A DNA stretch of 64,000 bases from Marsupella aquatica (lineage: Eukaryota; Plantae; Marchantiophyta). The DNA lies in contig OZ316894.1 of assembly GCA_973895155.1 (NCBI GenBank), positions 19,630,805 to 19,694,804 of the forward strand, given 5' to 3'. Position numbers and translations under genes: made by a program. The notes beneath the pieces were generated by a model. It was not told the DNA's origin, searched no databases, and saw only the letters and a list, made by a program, of their open reading frames with translations. This document shows positions 32,176 to 43,358 of this stretch, in pieces. Positions within the stretch are counted from its first letter, which is position 1, and every line of letters begins with the position of its first letter.

Positions 32176-33963
32176 CTACCCTTGTAACTCTAGCACTCCA
32201 AACGGTCGAATAGCTTTAACCCTAAGAATAGTACAACTGGTATAGGTGTCCAGGGTGTCGTTAGCTTGCCGCTGCAAGTACACAAAATCTCCCACTTCAA
32301 ACTTTCTGACCTTGGGCTGAAAAGTGCCCCCTCGTGTGTGTGCATAATGTAGTGTGTCCCTATGCTGTGCAATTATGGCCAAATTCTTCATGGCCATGGG
32401 CATAACCCTCCCGAATAGGGCAGCCCTCTCAGAGATCACATCAGACCAAGTCACAGCTGAATCCAAGTCCACCACCTGAAGCATGTGAGCAGCAATAGCA
32501 GAAGGCGGAATTGGGTAACGACCAAACAACAAGAAGTAGGGAGAAAAGTTAGACAGTGATGCATGTCTGGACATCCTATACCCCATGGCAATGTAGGGTA
32601 AGGCCAGGTCCCAATCCTCCTTGTTTTTGGTGAGGCAAATCTTTCGGAGGCCCTTCTTGCATGTCTGAACCATGCGCTCTGCCAATCCATCTGCCTGTGG
32701 GTGATCTCGTGATGTCCGGCGATGATCATTGAGGGCCTGATCAAGCAGCTCCTGGAACTCTCCTCTAAACTCTGAGCCCTGGTCAGTGAGACATTCTGCA
32801 CAAGCTCCAAAGCGGCTGAGAACTTGTTGCAGGAATGCCTGGCTGGTGCTACGGGAGGTCTTATCCGGCAATGCCACAAGTTCTATCCACTTGGAGAAAT
32901 GCTCTATCATGATCATGATGTAGAGATTACCCCAAGACATGAGGGGTAATTCTCCAGCCAAATCACATGACCAACGATAAAACATGCCCTGAATAGGGAG
33001 TGGATGAAGTGTGGGTTGCCAAGATGTGAAAGAAGTCCTTACCCTATCACACTGCTCACACCGGGCAATAACATCTCGAACCTGGCCATGCATGCCTCTC
33101 CAATGATAATGGGGGACTAAGAGGCTATAAGTCCCCTTAACACCAAAATGACCAAGCTCAGAATGTACCTTACGGATAAGGCCAACCCTCTCATGAATGG
33201 GTGGAACCACCACTTCCCTGTCTGGCAAGCAACGCACGAGATGATCTCCCTTCCACAAGTATCGCTTAGACCTTTGCTGAATTCGGTCTCTCTGGGCAGC
33301 AGTAACATGTGTGGGGTACTCCCCATGCTGTAGAAATCTCATAGTGTTGTTGTCCTCCCATATGTCCACCACAGGTTGGTCAACAACATAGCATGGCAGC
33401 AAAGCAAGATAGGTCGATGCATGACATGTAGGCAGGATGGAAACCTGGTCAAAATCTTGCCGTGCATCTGAGGAATCATCAGAGGTAATCAAAGGGCTGC
33501 GGGACATAGTGTCAGCATTCTGATGTGTCAAACCAGGCCTATGAATTACCTCAAAGTCATACTCCTGGAGGATGAGTGCCCAACGAGCAAGCTTGCCAGT
33601 AAGCTTGTCGTTAGTCATCAACCACTTGAACAAGGGCTGGTGGTCGGTGTAGAGAGTAAACTTGGTCCCATAGAGGTAGGGCCTGTAATGTATGACAGTC
33701 CACACAATAGCAAGGCATTCACCCTCATAAGAAGAGTAATGACTCTCTCCCTGATTGTTGCTCCTGGATGCATAGGCAATGACGTACTCCTTACCTTCCT
33801 CATCATGTTGGCCCAGAATGGCACCAATCCCAAGGGCACTCCAATCTGTGTGGAGCACAAAGACTTTGCTGAAATCAGGTCTTCTCAAAACCGGGTATTC
33901 TGACAGCTTCTCCTTCAAAGTGGCAAATGCTGCCTCAGCATCTGTACTCCATGTCCAAGTCAC
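32176..33963 (-). pseudogene. RNase H and DDE integrase
   Basis: LHTDWS, YASR, YEGECLA, TDHQPL, RWALIL; HSELGH...CEQC zinc finger; WSCDLAG, TDQGSEF, GLAERMV; GDFVYL GPY/F-like region. Confidence 0.95.
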
Positions 33964-33972
33964 ATTCTTTTT

Positions 33973-34845
33973 CTACAAAGCATACAATGGGTGTGCAATG
34001 GTACTGAAATCTTTGATGTAGATCCGGTAGTAATTGCACAACCCAATAAAACTCCTCAAAGTGTGAACATCGATAGGAGTGGGCATTTCCAAGATGGATA
34101 CCACCTTGGCCCAGTGGGCCATGGTTCCATTTGGAAGAATGCGGTGCCCAAGGTATACTACTGATCTGACAACAAATTCACACTTCTTGGGGTGTATCTT
34201 TAGGTTCACCTTCTTAAGCCTCATGAATAGCTCCTCAAGGTCAAGTAGATGCTGGTCAAATCCTTTGCTGTGGACCAACACATCATCAATGTAGCATTTC
34301 ATAAACTCAGCACCTTGAAGAACCTGGTCCATAACTCTTTGAAAGAATATGGGCACATTCTTCAAGCCAAATGGCATCACCAACCACTCCCATAGTTGGT
34401 TACTACCATGGAAAGCTGTTTTCTTGCGATCCTTTGCAAGCAGCAAATTCTGGTTAAAGCCTTGCCTTAGATCCACAAGAGTGAAGATGTCTGAGTCTCC
34501 AATGTTGTCAAATAGCTCCTCTGGCCGTGGCATGGGATACCTATCCTGGGGTGTGACCAGGTTCAGAGGCCTGTAATCCCCACACATGCGCTTCTCTGTC
34601 CACAATCCACTGGAATCCTTCTTTGCTGGCATCACTATAGCTGCTGCAAAATCTGATGTAGATGGCTGAATAAGACCAGCTTCATAGAGCTCTTGGCACC
34701 TCTCATCCACCAGCTGCCACTCATGCTTACTCAAACGGTGTCTCCGCCTAAAGATAGGTGTTTCATCAGCCAACTCAATGGAGAACTGCATAGTCTTGCA
34801 CTTACCCAAGTCCTTCATAGAGAAAGCAAAGTAACACATTCTCAT
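33973..34845 (-). pseudogene. Ty3/Gypsy reverse transcriptase
   Basis: RMCGDYRPLN, DLRQGFNQ, VMPFGLKN, YIDDVLV, KCEF, YLGH, LRSFIGLCNYYR. Confidence 0.95.
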
Positions 34846-35219
34846 GCTTGAGGAGCAAATTCAGCAGCTGGTCCTTCTGTCTTTTACTCAGGTGGTTGCC
34901 CATGATGAATGTGTAGTTGGCAACACTAGGAATAGGACCTGATGTACTCGTGCTTGAAGAGCCAGAAGTGTCAGCCTCTCCATTGTCCAAGCTGCTAGCA
35001 TGCTGCTGATAAGGTGATGAGGCCTCTCCAAGGCCTATTGTACCTGCTGATCTGGGTTGGTCCACACCATGAAACTCAGAGATATTGTCAGCCACGTTAC
35101 AAGGGACCTTCTCCCCCCCAACACTTGGACTAAAGCGATGAGTGTTGAAGAGGGGTAAGTGCACCTGTCTGGATGCCATGTAGCAGCACCATGGAGTGGT
35201 AGGGCTGGAACTCCTGATG

Positions 35220-36233
35220 TTAGATGAATGTACATTTGAAAAAGGATGCAAGTGACCAGAAGCCAGTGAGAGCATTGAGATCCATTACCCTGCCAAGTAA
35301 AGCATTCCTGGCCAGCCTGGTGATTTGGGTGTGGCCTATAGTACCGGATTGGAAGCCCATAGCCCGTTCTCTCTCCTCAAGACTAGGTTCATCCCATGTA
35401 CTGGTAGAATGTAGATAAACCAGGCCAGGACCATCACCCTGAAAAGCATGGGCACCTGGAAAGGACACAAATGTAGGCCAAGCAGCACGGGGATCTCCAA
35501 TGGTATTGGCTGGATACCCAGGGGCTGGCTCTTGCCGTGTAACTGGTTGGCAAGAACTGTCAGGATCCAAAATCTGGTCCACTGTGAGGTTAGTGTCCCT
35601 GGATGTGTGGTGAAGAGCTAACTCTAGCAAGGAAGGTGGTGCAAGGTTAGTCCAAAAGTTACGAAGACAATGTGCATAAGAACCACAGTGCACTGCATCA
35701 ATGAGAAGGGGTGGTCCCAAGTAGTGTTGGATCACACTGAAATCCTCTTTGACCTATGGACGCTGGTCAAACTGAGATGGAATATTCTCAATGATATAAC
35801 CAACAGTAGGGTAAAGGGATTGAGCCCAAGTGAGAACCTGAACCAATGCTATGAAAAGGCCAGAACGAGAATCATGCAGTCCAGCACCGTGACCAACAAC
35901 TGAAAACCCTTGGCATTCCCAACCAGCTATGATCAAATCAAGGGAGCCAAGAAGGGTTAAGTGCCGGTGCTGGATAAGCTGGATATCTGGAGGGAAGAAA
36001 GAAAATGCAGACTTCCATGCACTGTGTGGAAACTGCTGGGGAAATCGCTCTGAAAATTCCAGCAGATGGGATTCAGCCACTTGCCTTGCACCTGGATCAA
36101 TGTCCACGTAGATGTACTGCTTCACCACCATGCCGGACTGTAGGAGAGCTTCCAGGCCTGTAGAAATGCCACCAAAAATCTCAAGCAATGTAAGGCCATC
36201 CGGAGTAGGAGTCCATGTAACTGGTGTGCTCAA
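35220..36233 (-). pseudogene. C5-cytosine DNA methyltransferase domain, DNMT3-like, one in-frame TAG
   Basis: Motif I LEIFGGISTG, II YVDID, IV DLIIAGWECQGFS, V SRSGLF, VI IIENI, VII-VIII PLLIDAVHCGSYAHCLRNFWTNL, IX EERERAMGF, X RNALLGRVMD; ORFs 35754-36233 and 35220-35735 are in frame. Confidence 0.88.
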
Positions 36234-36414
36234 GATTGAGGCTATTGGCTGTCCATTGTGCTACCCAAGGTCTTCAAACTTGCGCAATGCAGTCACCAAA
36301 GGTCCATGGGCTGCTTGGAGCCGTTGTACCATCTCTGGTTGATGATCCACGTTGCTGGAAAGTGCTGCTATACGTGCAGCAGCATGTGCAGCAGCCACCT
36401 CATCATCATCCTCC

Positions 36415-36923
36415 TCAATCCAATCCTGCAATGGGTGGTTGACATAGGTAGCTGTGTGCACTTCTTTCAACACAATGGTGAGCCATAGGTGTATGGGCAC
36501 CATGCAAATCAAGTGGAATGTAGCCCAAGTGTGAGCCATCATTATGCCAATCAACTCTGTAGTATGCATGCTCATGCCAGTTGTCAATGGTAAAACCTGG
36601 TGGGAACAAAGCCTCCTGGCCAATGAGCACATCATACGTAGTGGCATTGGTAACCAAACATCTGATTGGGAAATGCAGTTCCTGATTTGTACCTCCATTA
36701 AAAGTGAGAGTGACGGAGTAAAGTAGAACTCTCACCCAGCACATCCTCCACAGTGCCACTAGCAGTCCGAATGTGCCACCTAGATTGTTGTAAATGATCA
36801 GTCAGCAGTCCCATCTTCTTGGCAAAACTGAATGCCCAATATCACTGGTTGAGCGCCTGTGTCTAGCATGACCACCTGAGGAGTGTGACCCTCCAATTTG
36901 ACTGCTGAATTCTTGTTGTCAAC
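36415..36923 (-). pseudogene. Retropepsin-like aspartic protease, frameshifted
   Basis: VMLDTGAQPVI read manually (Asp at 36863-36861) and downstream YDVLIGQEAL. Confidence 0.85.
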
Positions 36924-39051
36924 AATGGCAATGGTGGTGGAAAACTGAAGTCCTGTTGCTAGGCACTACTTTTGGCAAATGATGAGGTACCTTGTGAAGG
37001 GAGTTAGTGTCCACGGTCTTTCCACTCAACAACATAGTCAGGAAAGATGGAGCAGCATGACCGGAATCCAGTGTAGCTCTGGTCACACAATCTGCAGCAA
37101 TACTATCATCTCTACCACTGGAAATTGGTACTGGGATAGCCAAACCAGTGGAAGCACGTAATGGAGAAGAAGAAGGTCTAGTATGTACATGAGATTGGAC
37201 CTCCAAAACCGGTGGCATAGGGGCTGATGAAGAATGCAATGAGCCCTCTAGCGCTCTCATGATAGCTCTAGCATCTAGCTGTAAATCATGGCAACTGAAA
37301 AGTGGAGTTGTAAGAATCCTTTGTGCCATACCGGAGGTGAAATGCTCAAGCAACTCAGGAGAAACAACTCCCTATGAAATGTCAACAGCACCTGGTGGTG
37401 GAATGGATGTAGCTGCAGCTCCCTCCCCCCTCGCCAACAAGGTGCGCTCTTCAGCAAGTGTGAGTGGATGAAAAGATTGGGGCATGACAGCCCGAGCTCC
37501 CCTGGCTCTAGTCATAGGACCAGCAACAAGACCATCAGCCTGTACAATGCGGCGTGTGGAAGCAGTACGGGAGGCAGCACTGGCCTGCTGGTAAGCAAAA
37601 TAGGAAGGGCAGAATGAATCTGAAAATTTTGCTGTAAGGCCAGGCTGTGTAGCAGAGGACAACACACACTCACCCATATGAGCATCAAATGGCAAGCCAT
37701 AGAAAGAGCGGGGCAGAGGTGCTAAACTTTCAGTGATGCCGGGGCCAGGGATGAGTTGCACGTGACCAGCCGGTTGAGAACAACTAGCAGAGGCAGGTGA
37801 CTTGCCTTTGATGTTGGCAAGTTGGGCACGTAAGGACTCAACCTCATGAGTCAGAGACTGGAGTTGACTTGCCTGTGCGTTGTGAGCCTCCTTCTGAGTT
37901 GGTTGCTTCTGTTGTTGCTTGGGCGATTTATTAGCACCATGTACTTTGCCATTGGAAGGAGGAGCAACAAAGGCAATATGAGCCCTCCTAGCTGGTGGGG
38001 GAGTGGAAGTAGGAGCAGGATGAGGGGCCTGTTGTCGTAGCTGCTTTCTCTTTGGGAATTTGGCAAAACAAATTGTCTCCAAGTGACCCACTTTCCCGCA
38101 AAAATCACAAGACAGGTCCTCAGCAACAATATCACATTCATTAGCCTTGTGATTGGGGTTACCACAGTAGTTGCAAGATGGCAGCAGGAAAGTAGCATGT
38201 GCTGGCGTGGTCTTGGAACCATACTGTGGCACACGGGAAGGAGTGGCCAGTGTAGGGGTAGCAGCCTGGTACCTGGATCATGGTGGATGCGCAATATTGG
38301 CCTCATAATGTGCATGGGTCAACTCAAGTTTCTCAGCAGTGTCATAGACATTGAGCAATGTGTAGCTGTCTCCAAACTCTGAGAATACTTGCTGCAACAC
38401 TTGCGAATGGAGAGTTGGTGTGCCCTCCAATGCACGAAGATAGCGATGAGCAGCCTCCAGGTCAGTGATGATCTGGGTGTCCTCCTTCAGCTTGAGAAGC
38501 CGATGATACATCATCTTCAATGTTTCATCGCGCTGCCTCACAAAGGTAGCCAACTGCATAATTTTATTAGCACTCTTGATTGGGAATTCCAATTCAAGAA
38601 CCTGGAAAAACTCAGCCACTGGATCAGCAAAGGCAGGGGAATCAATGGTAGGAGAAATGCCTGATGTAGCCTGTGCCAAGATAGTGGGAGTAACTGGCGC
38701 AGTGGTAGGAACTGGAGTAGGAGGGGAAGTGGCAAGAGCAGCAGCATGGGCTGCAATGACATTCTGTAAGGCCAATTGTGAGGCTGCCGCAATTGCACTG
38801 GCATAGGCAGGGTTATGCAATTGGGTGATAACAAGCAACCATTGAGAATGCTGCTCATACACATCCAAAGCCTCATGGTGCACATACTTGGCTAGCTGCT
38901 TAAATGCAAAAGCATTTGTGAAATTGCTGCCGTACTTCAACTCCAATTTGTAAACGACAGTGTAGAAAGTGGATTTGAACTCACATAAAGAGATAGTGCC
39001 TTGCCGCCCGCTAAAGCGCTCAATGCCGCCAGATGAGTGGCTGGCGTCCAT
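36919..39051 (-). pseudogene. Gag-like region with two CCHC zinc knuckles, broken by in-frame stops
   Basis: ORFs 38278-39258, 37372-38232 and 36919-37353 are one frame; CNYCGNPNHKANEC and CDFCGKVGHLETIC; first ATG (MDASHSSGG) at 39051. Confidence 0.8.
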
Positions 39052-39929
39052 GCTATATGTCGGTGAAGCAAGAACAACCAAGGATGCAGAAGGGGTAAAT
39101 GGCAATGAAGTGATAGCAGGCTTCGGAGTAGTGGTGAAGCGACCGCCAAATGTAGCAGAGGGGTTGCGTGGTGTGGGTGCTGCTATTGTCTGCTGACGTC
39201 GTCGAAATTGCCTAGACTCCAGTGAAATTGGCACCAATGGTCGTGGATCGCTCCGCAAGTGGTACTTGGGTGTTGGTGGCTATGAGCTGCTATCTCCCGG
39301 CTCGTCGGCTGACATGCTGCATGCTCATCCGGGGTGCCAATGGGAAAGAAACTGACAAGAAAAAAGAGTGGCAACTCAAGGCTAGGAAATGAAACCCACA
39401 AAGGAAACAAACAATGCGAGGCAAAAATGTGTAGAATGTGTAAGCACCGAGAAACCGTCAAAGTCTATGCAGATGACATGTGGCAACAACAAAGAAATCC
39501 GGGAAGAATGGGCCCTTGAAAACGTGAATAGGGGCCCCCCTTAAGTGTATACATCGGGCCCCCTTAAAGTGTATACGTCGGCCCCGATGTGGTCCCGAAA
39601 ACTGGCAGTAAGGGTGCGCATCGGCAGGAAATGGAAACCGGGCCAAGTGGGGACAGGGTATCGGGGCACGGTGCCCTATGCAGGTCGTCGATGGCAAGGC
39701 GAGAAAGAAATGGAAGAAACGACTCTTTGGCCAGGGGAAAGAAAAATGGGCCTCAATTGCTCGAGCCCTGCATAGGGCTTCGTGCCATACTCCCTCCTTA
39801 TGAGCTCCCGAAGCCTCCTTGAATGCAATTGGGCTTCGTGCCCTGGCAGACACGAGTACTCCCGAGAGAAGGGAGTCGATTGTACCCCCCTTTCTTTAAT
39901 GTTTTGAAAGGGCCTCGTGCCCTGGCAAA

Positions 39930-40309
39930 CCCGGTTTAAACTGACGGGCACCTTCACGCCTTGCCGGGCACGTCAAATCGTCAAATGACGGCTCGAAAAC
40001 GGCCAATTTGATGGATATTCGATAAGATTCTCCCAAACTCACCCAAACCCAAACTCCCCCCCGGACCGCCTCTCCCCGGCCGGACCCCGAACCCAAACTT
40101 CCCCCCCGGACCGCCCCCGAACCCAAACCCGAACCCGGACCGCCCCCCCGAGCCCCCCCCGAACCCCTCTCGGAGCGCCCCCAAACCGCCCCCGAACCCG
40201 AACTCCCCCCGAACCCAAACCCACCCCCCAGACTACTCCCGAGCCAGGGTGCCAGGTTGCCAATTTGCCGGTCGTTTTTGCCCAGTTTGACGGGCAAGGT
40301 CAAACCGGG
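39930..40309. mobile_element. GC-rich MITE nested in the retroelement 5' region
   Basis: TIR cccggttt / aaaccggg with further subterminal inverted similarity; 8-bp TSD ctggcaaa / ctggcaga (1 mismatch); interior cccgaa/cccaaa repeats. Confidence 0.7.
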
Positions 40310-41964
40310 CTGGCAGAAGACTCCTCCTGAGGGAAGGAGTCGTATGTACTCCTCCCTCTCTTTACTCCATCTCCCCCTCCATTTAATGTAGCATAGGGCC
40401 TCGTGCCCACTTCTTGCACTCCTGCTCCCCTCCTCCTGGGTTTAATGTTGCTGAAGGGGCTTCATGCCCTGCAAGAGGACTCCCGAAAGGAGTCTACGTT
40501 TACTCCCCCCCTCGTTAATGCACTGTGGGCCTCCCGAGAAGGAAGTCGAATGTGAACTCCCCCTCTTTAATTCAGCATAGGGCCTCGTGCCCTCCTTTCG
40601 CTTCCCCCTCCTCTTAATTCGCCATAGGGCCGCCTCGTGCCCTGGCAGAAGGCCTCCCTGGCTCCCTAGACTCCCTGGCAAAATCTCCTCCCCCTCTTTA
40701 ATGCTCCATAGGCCTCCGTGCCTTCTTCTCCCGAGGGAAGTGAGTCGCTCCCCCTCCCCTGCATTAATCACTGGATGCGGAAGGTCGAGACGAGGAAGAA
40801 AAATTCCGAAGGGAGGGGTGACTGGGAACGTGACCCTATGCCCGGCCGATGTGCTCCGATGTACTCGATGCTCCGGGAAGTAGTCGCGGGGTGGCCGAGG
40901 CTGCCGAGAGGTGGTCGCGCGGTAGTCGACGCAGCCGAGAGGTGATCAGAAAACACCAAAAAATGGCCTGAAAAATGTCGTGGCAATCGGCAGCGGTAGT
41001 TGTAGGGAGGTCGTGCGGTGGTCGGGAATAAAAAGTTGGGAACAAAAGCACGGGCTCAAACGGGGGCGTTATGTGTATAGTTAAGTATACACATAACACC
41101 ACATTAAACCCATAACTTTCAACCCGCCATTCAAATGCTGCTCAAAGAAATTGCACCGGCTTCGATGGAAATTGTATGTACCAACCTAAGCAGCTGAGAC
41201 GAGAATGTCTCCTATCTTCTTCCTCTCACCACAGAGTTCTTCTTGAATAAAAGGCGTAAGAGAAACAATCGTACTGAAATCGAATCGAAAACCGGCGGGA
41301 TGCCAAGATCGGCCAAGAGCATCTAACAAATCACTGTGTGAATCCCGTGTACGGAACCGACGAGCACTATCTGAGCTCTGTCAAGAGCGATTCAAGAAGA
41401 ACTGAAAACCGACAAAGAGAAACACGCCCTAAGTAGGACCGGATCCACTCCCAGGCGTCACACTAACAAACACCTTTGCTTCAAGAACGGCCCAGACTCG
41501 CTACAAGAACATGACACTGACTCAAGTAGTACACTAGCCCTAACTACAAACCTAGCGGGCATGCGAGGGACATGCCGATGTGCACAAGAGGCACTGTCCC
41601 TTGGCATGACATCCAGGGAAAACCTAATTGAAACAGAACTGCAAATTACACATTATTTTGTAAAATAGCAAACAAAACAAAGGGCTACTTTCAGTCTCGA
41701 GGAAAATAAATGTAAAACTCTGCCAGGTCAGATGCACTTTTGAGATTGCACCCAACTCCAGGGAAAACCTAATTGAAACAGAACTGCAAATTACACATTT
41801 GTAAATTAGCAAACAAAACAAATCGATTCTACAACCACACATTTGAAGGTGAGCAAATCAGGATGAGCTTTCCTACCACCCAGGCTGTTGCTTTTAGGGT
41901 CTTTGAGAAGCTCTCCTATGCAGTTCACTATGGAGCTATACCAGACTCGGGTTTTTGGTTATTT

Positions 41965-42810
41965 GGTCTGAGTGGGGTCTTTCCCTTGGTTTCTCCCATT
42001 GTCTTGTTGTCTCCCTTTGTTGGGTCCCTTGTGGGATTTTCCCTTGTTTTCTCCCTTTGTCTTGTCTTCTATGTCCCTTTGTTGGGGCTCTTGTGGGTTT
42101 TTCCCTTGTTTACTCCCGTTGTCTTGTTGAGCAAAGACAACATTCACAACGGCAAGCCCATGAACCATCCAACGCACAAGCAGTCGACACAGAGAGATAC
42201 GTGATTCACCTCAGCTGAGGCTACGTCCATGTGAACACACGATAGCTTTACTCGGCACTCTAGGCCCGTCGGCCATACCTAGTCTCCGCAATACAAGATC
42301 TCTATATCTCTCAACTGACTCCATAACAATGAACGCAAGTTACTCCTATCCAAGTAAACACCGTTGGATATAGTGTGCAGCCTAGTTAACCTAACCTAGT
42401 CGGCCACTACAGTTACAATTGTAACCTTAGGCTAAGAGTAAACATGTCTTCAGTTGCTTTCTCCCTTTGTTAGGTCTCTTGTGGGTTTTCCCTCCTTTTC
42501 TCCCTTTTTCTTGTTTTCTATCTCCCTTTGTTGGGTCTCTTGTGGGTTCCTCCCTTGTTTACCCCCTTTGCCTTGTTTTCTCCTTTTGTTGGGTCTCTTG
42601 TGGGTTTTCCCTCCTTTTCTCCCTTTTTCTTGTTTTCTATCTCCCTTTGTTGGGTCTCTTGTGGGTTTCTCCCTTGTTTACCCCCTTTGCCTTGTTTTCT
42701 CCTTTTGTTGGGTCTCTTTTGGGTTTTTCCCTTGTTTACTCCCTTTGTCTTGTTTTCTCCTTTGGTTGGGTCTCTTGTGGGTTTTTCCCTTGTTTACTCC
42801 CTTTGTAGGG
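41965..42810. repeat. 58-61-bp tandem array, almost A-free on + strand, interrupted by a solo LTR
   Basis: tctccctttgttgggtctcttgtgggtttt units start at 42460, 42521, 42579, 42640, 42698 and 42756; more diverged units before 42125. Confidence 0.85.
42125..42444 (-). mobile_element. Solo LTR, same family as 31113-31533
   Basis: Starts tgttgagc, shares caacggcaagcccatgaaccatccaac and tgaggctacgtcca; candidate TSD tgtct at 42120-42124 and 42445-42449 (right end could alternatively be 42452). Confidence 0.8.
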
Positions 42811-43044
42811 ACTCCTGCTTTGGGTCTCTTATCTCCCGGTTTTGTACATTTTGTTCTCTGGCAGGTTGACATATAAACTATTGTAGCACTTCTCCCGAAA
42901 GCATCACGGAATTACTACACCCTCTCCTGCCGATGACTCCAGAATTATACAACGAATTTAACGCTGTTAGGGATCATGATAATTCTACTCCCTCTGTTTT
43001 CATGATTCTTGAGCTGTCTATCCTGCAGGATGCAAAAAGCCTTC

Positions 43045-43257
43045 GAGATTCAGAAGGAATTGTGGTCGACTAGAAAAGACGAGGTGTTCATCAGACTCAT
43101 GACTACTCTATGAAAAATGAGCTACAACGAAATGAAAAGTGACATGATCAGAGATTCAGGAAGGATTGTGGTGGACTAGAAAAGACGAGGTGTTCATCAG
43201 ACTCATGACTACTCTGTGAAAAATGAGCTACAACGAAATGAAAAGTGACATGATCAT
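43045..43257. repeat. ~106-bp near-perfect tandem duplication just upstream of the pseudouridine synthase
   Basis: gagattcag...gacatgatca at 43045-43150 and 43151-43257. Confidence 0.9.
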
Positions 43258-43358
43258 ATGATCTCAGTGATCTGAATGTTCATAGTCTTTCAGTCGTTGC
43301 TCGGTGTGGCTTGGAGTCTTGGATAGTAACCTTCCGATTTGTATCATGTAGCAGGTCA

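Larger units (their letters stand above)
31716..41611 (-). mobile_element. Ty3/Gypsy-type retroelement carrying a DNA methyltransferase and a PHD finger; decayed; no LTR pair visible
   Basis: Domain order PR-RT-RH-IN. Termini tgtcgtgaca...tggcatgaca (8/10 inverted match); 4-bp TSD tcca (31712-31715, 41612-41615); empty-site junction preserved in the neighbouring tandem copy at 41756-41770. Confidence 0.9.

Noticed and set aside
31636-41822. DIRS/Ngaro-style split direct repeats (B...A-B-A)
   Set aside because: The element has a DDE integrase and no tyrosine recombinase; the pattern is explained by insertion into a pre-existing tandem repeat.
31113-42444. Treating the two TGTTG LTRs as the 5' and 3' LTRs of the Gypsy element
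   Set aside because: Each has its own TSD, they are diverged, and the element has separate termini and TSD at 31716/41611.
42454-42876. Hydrophobic ORFs in all three frames (also 10803-11368)
   Set aside because: Artefact of A-poor repeats that rarely form stop codons.
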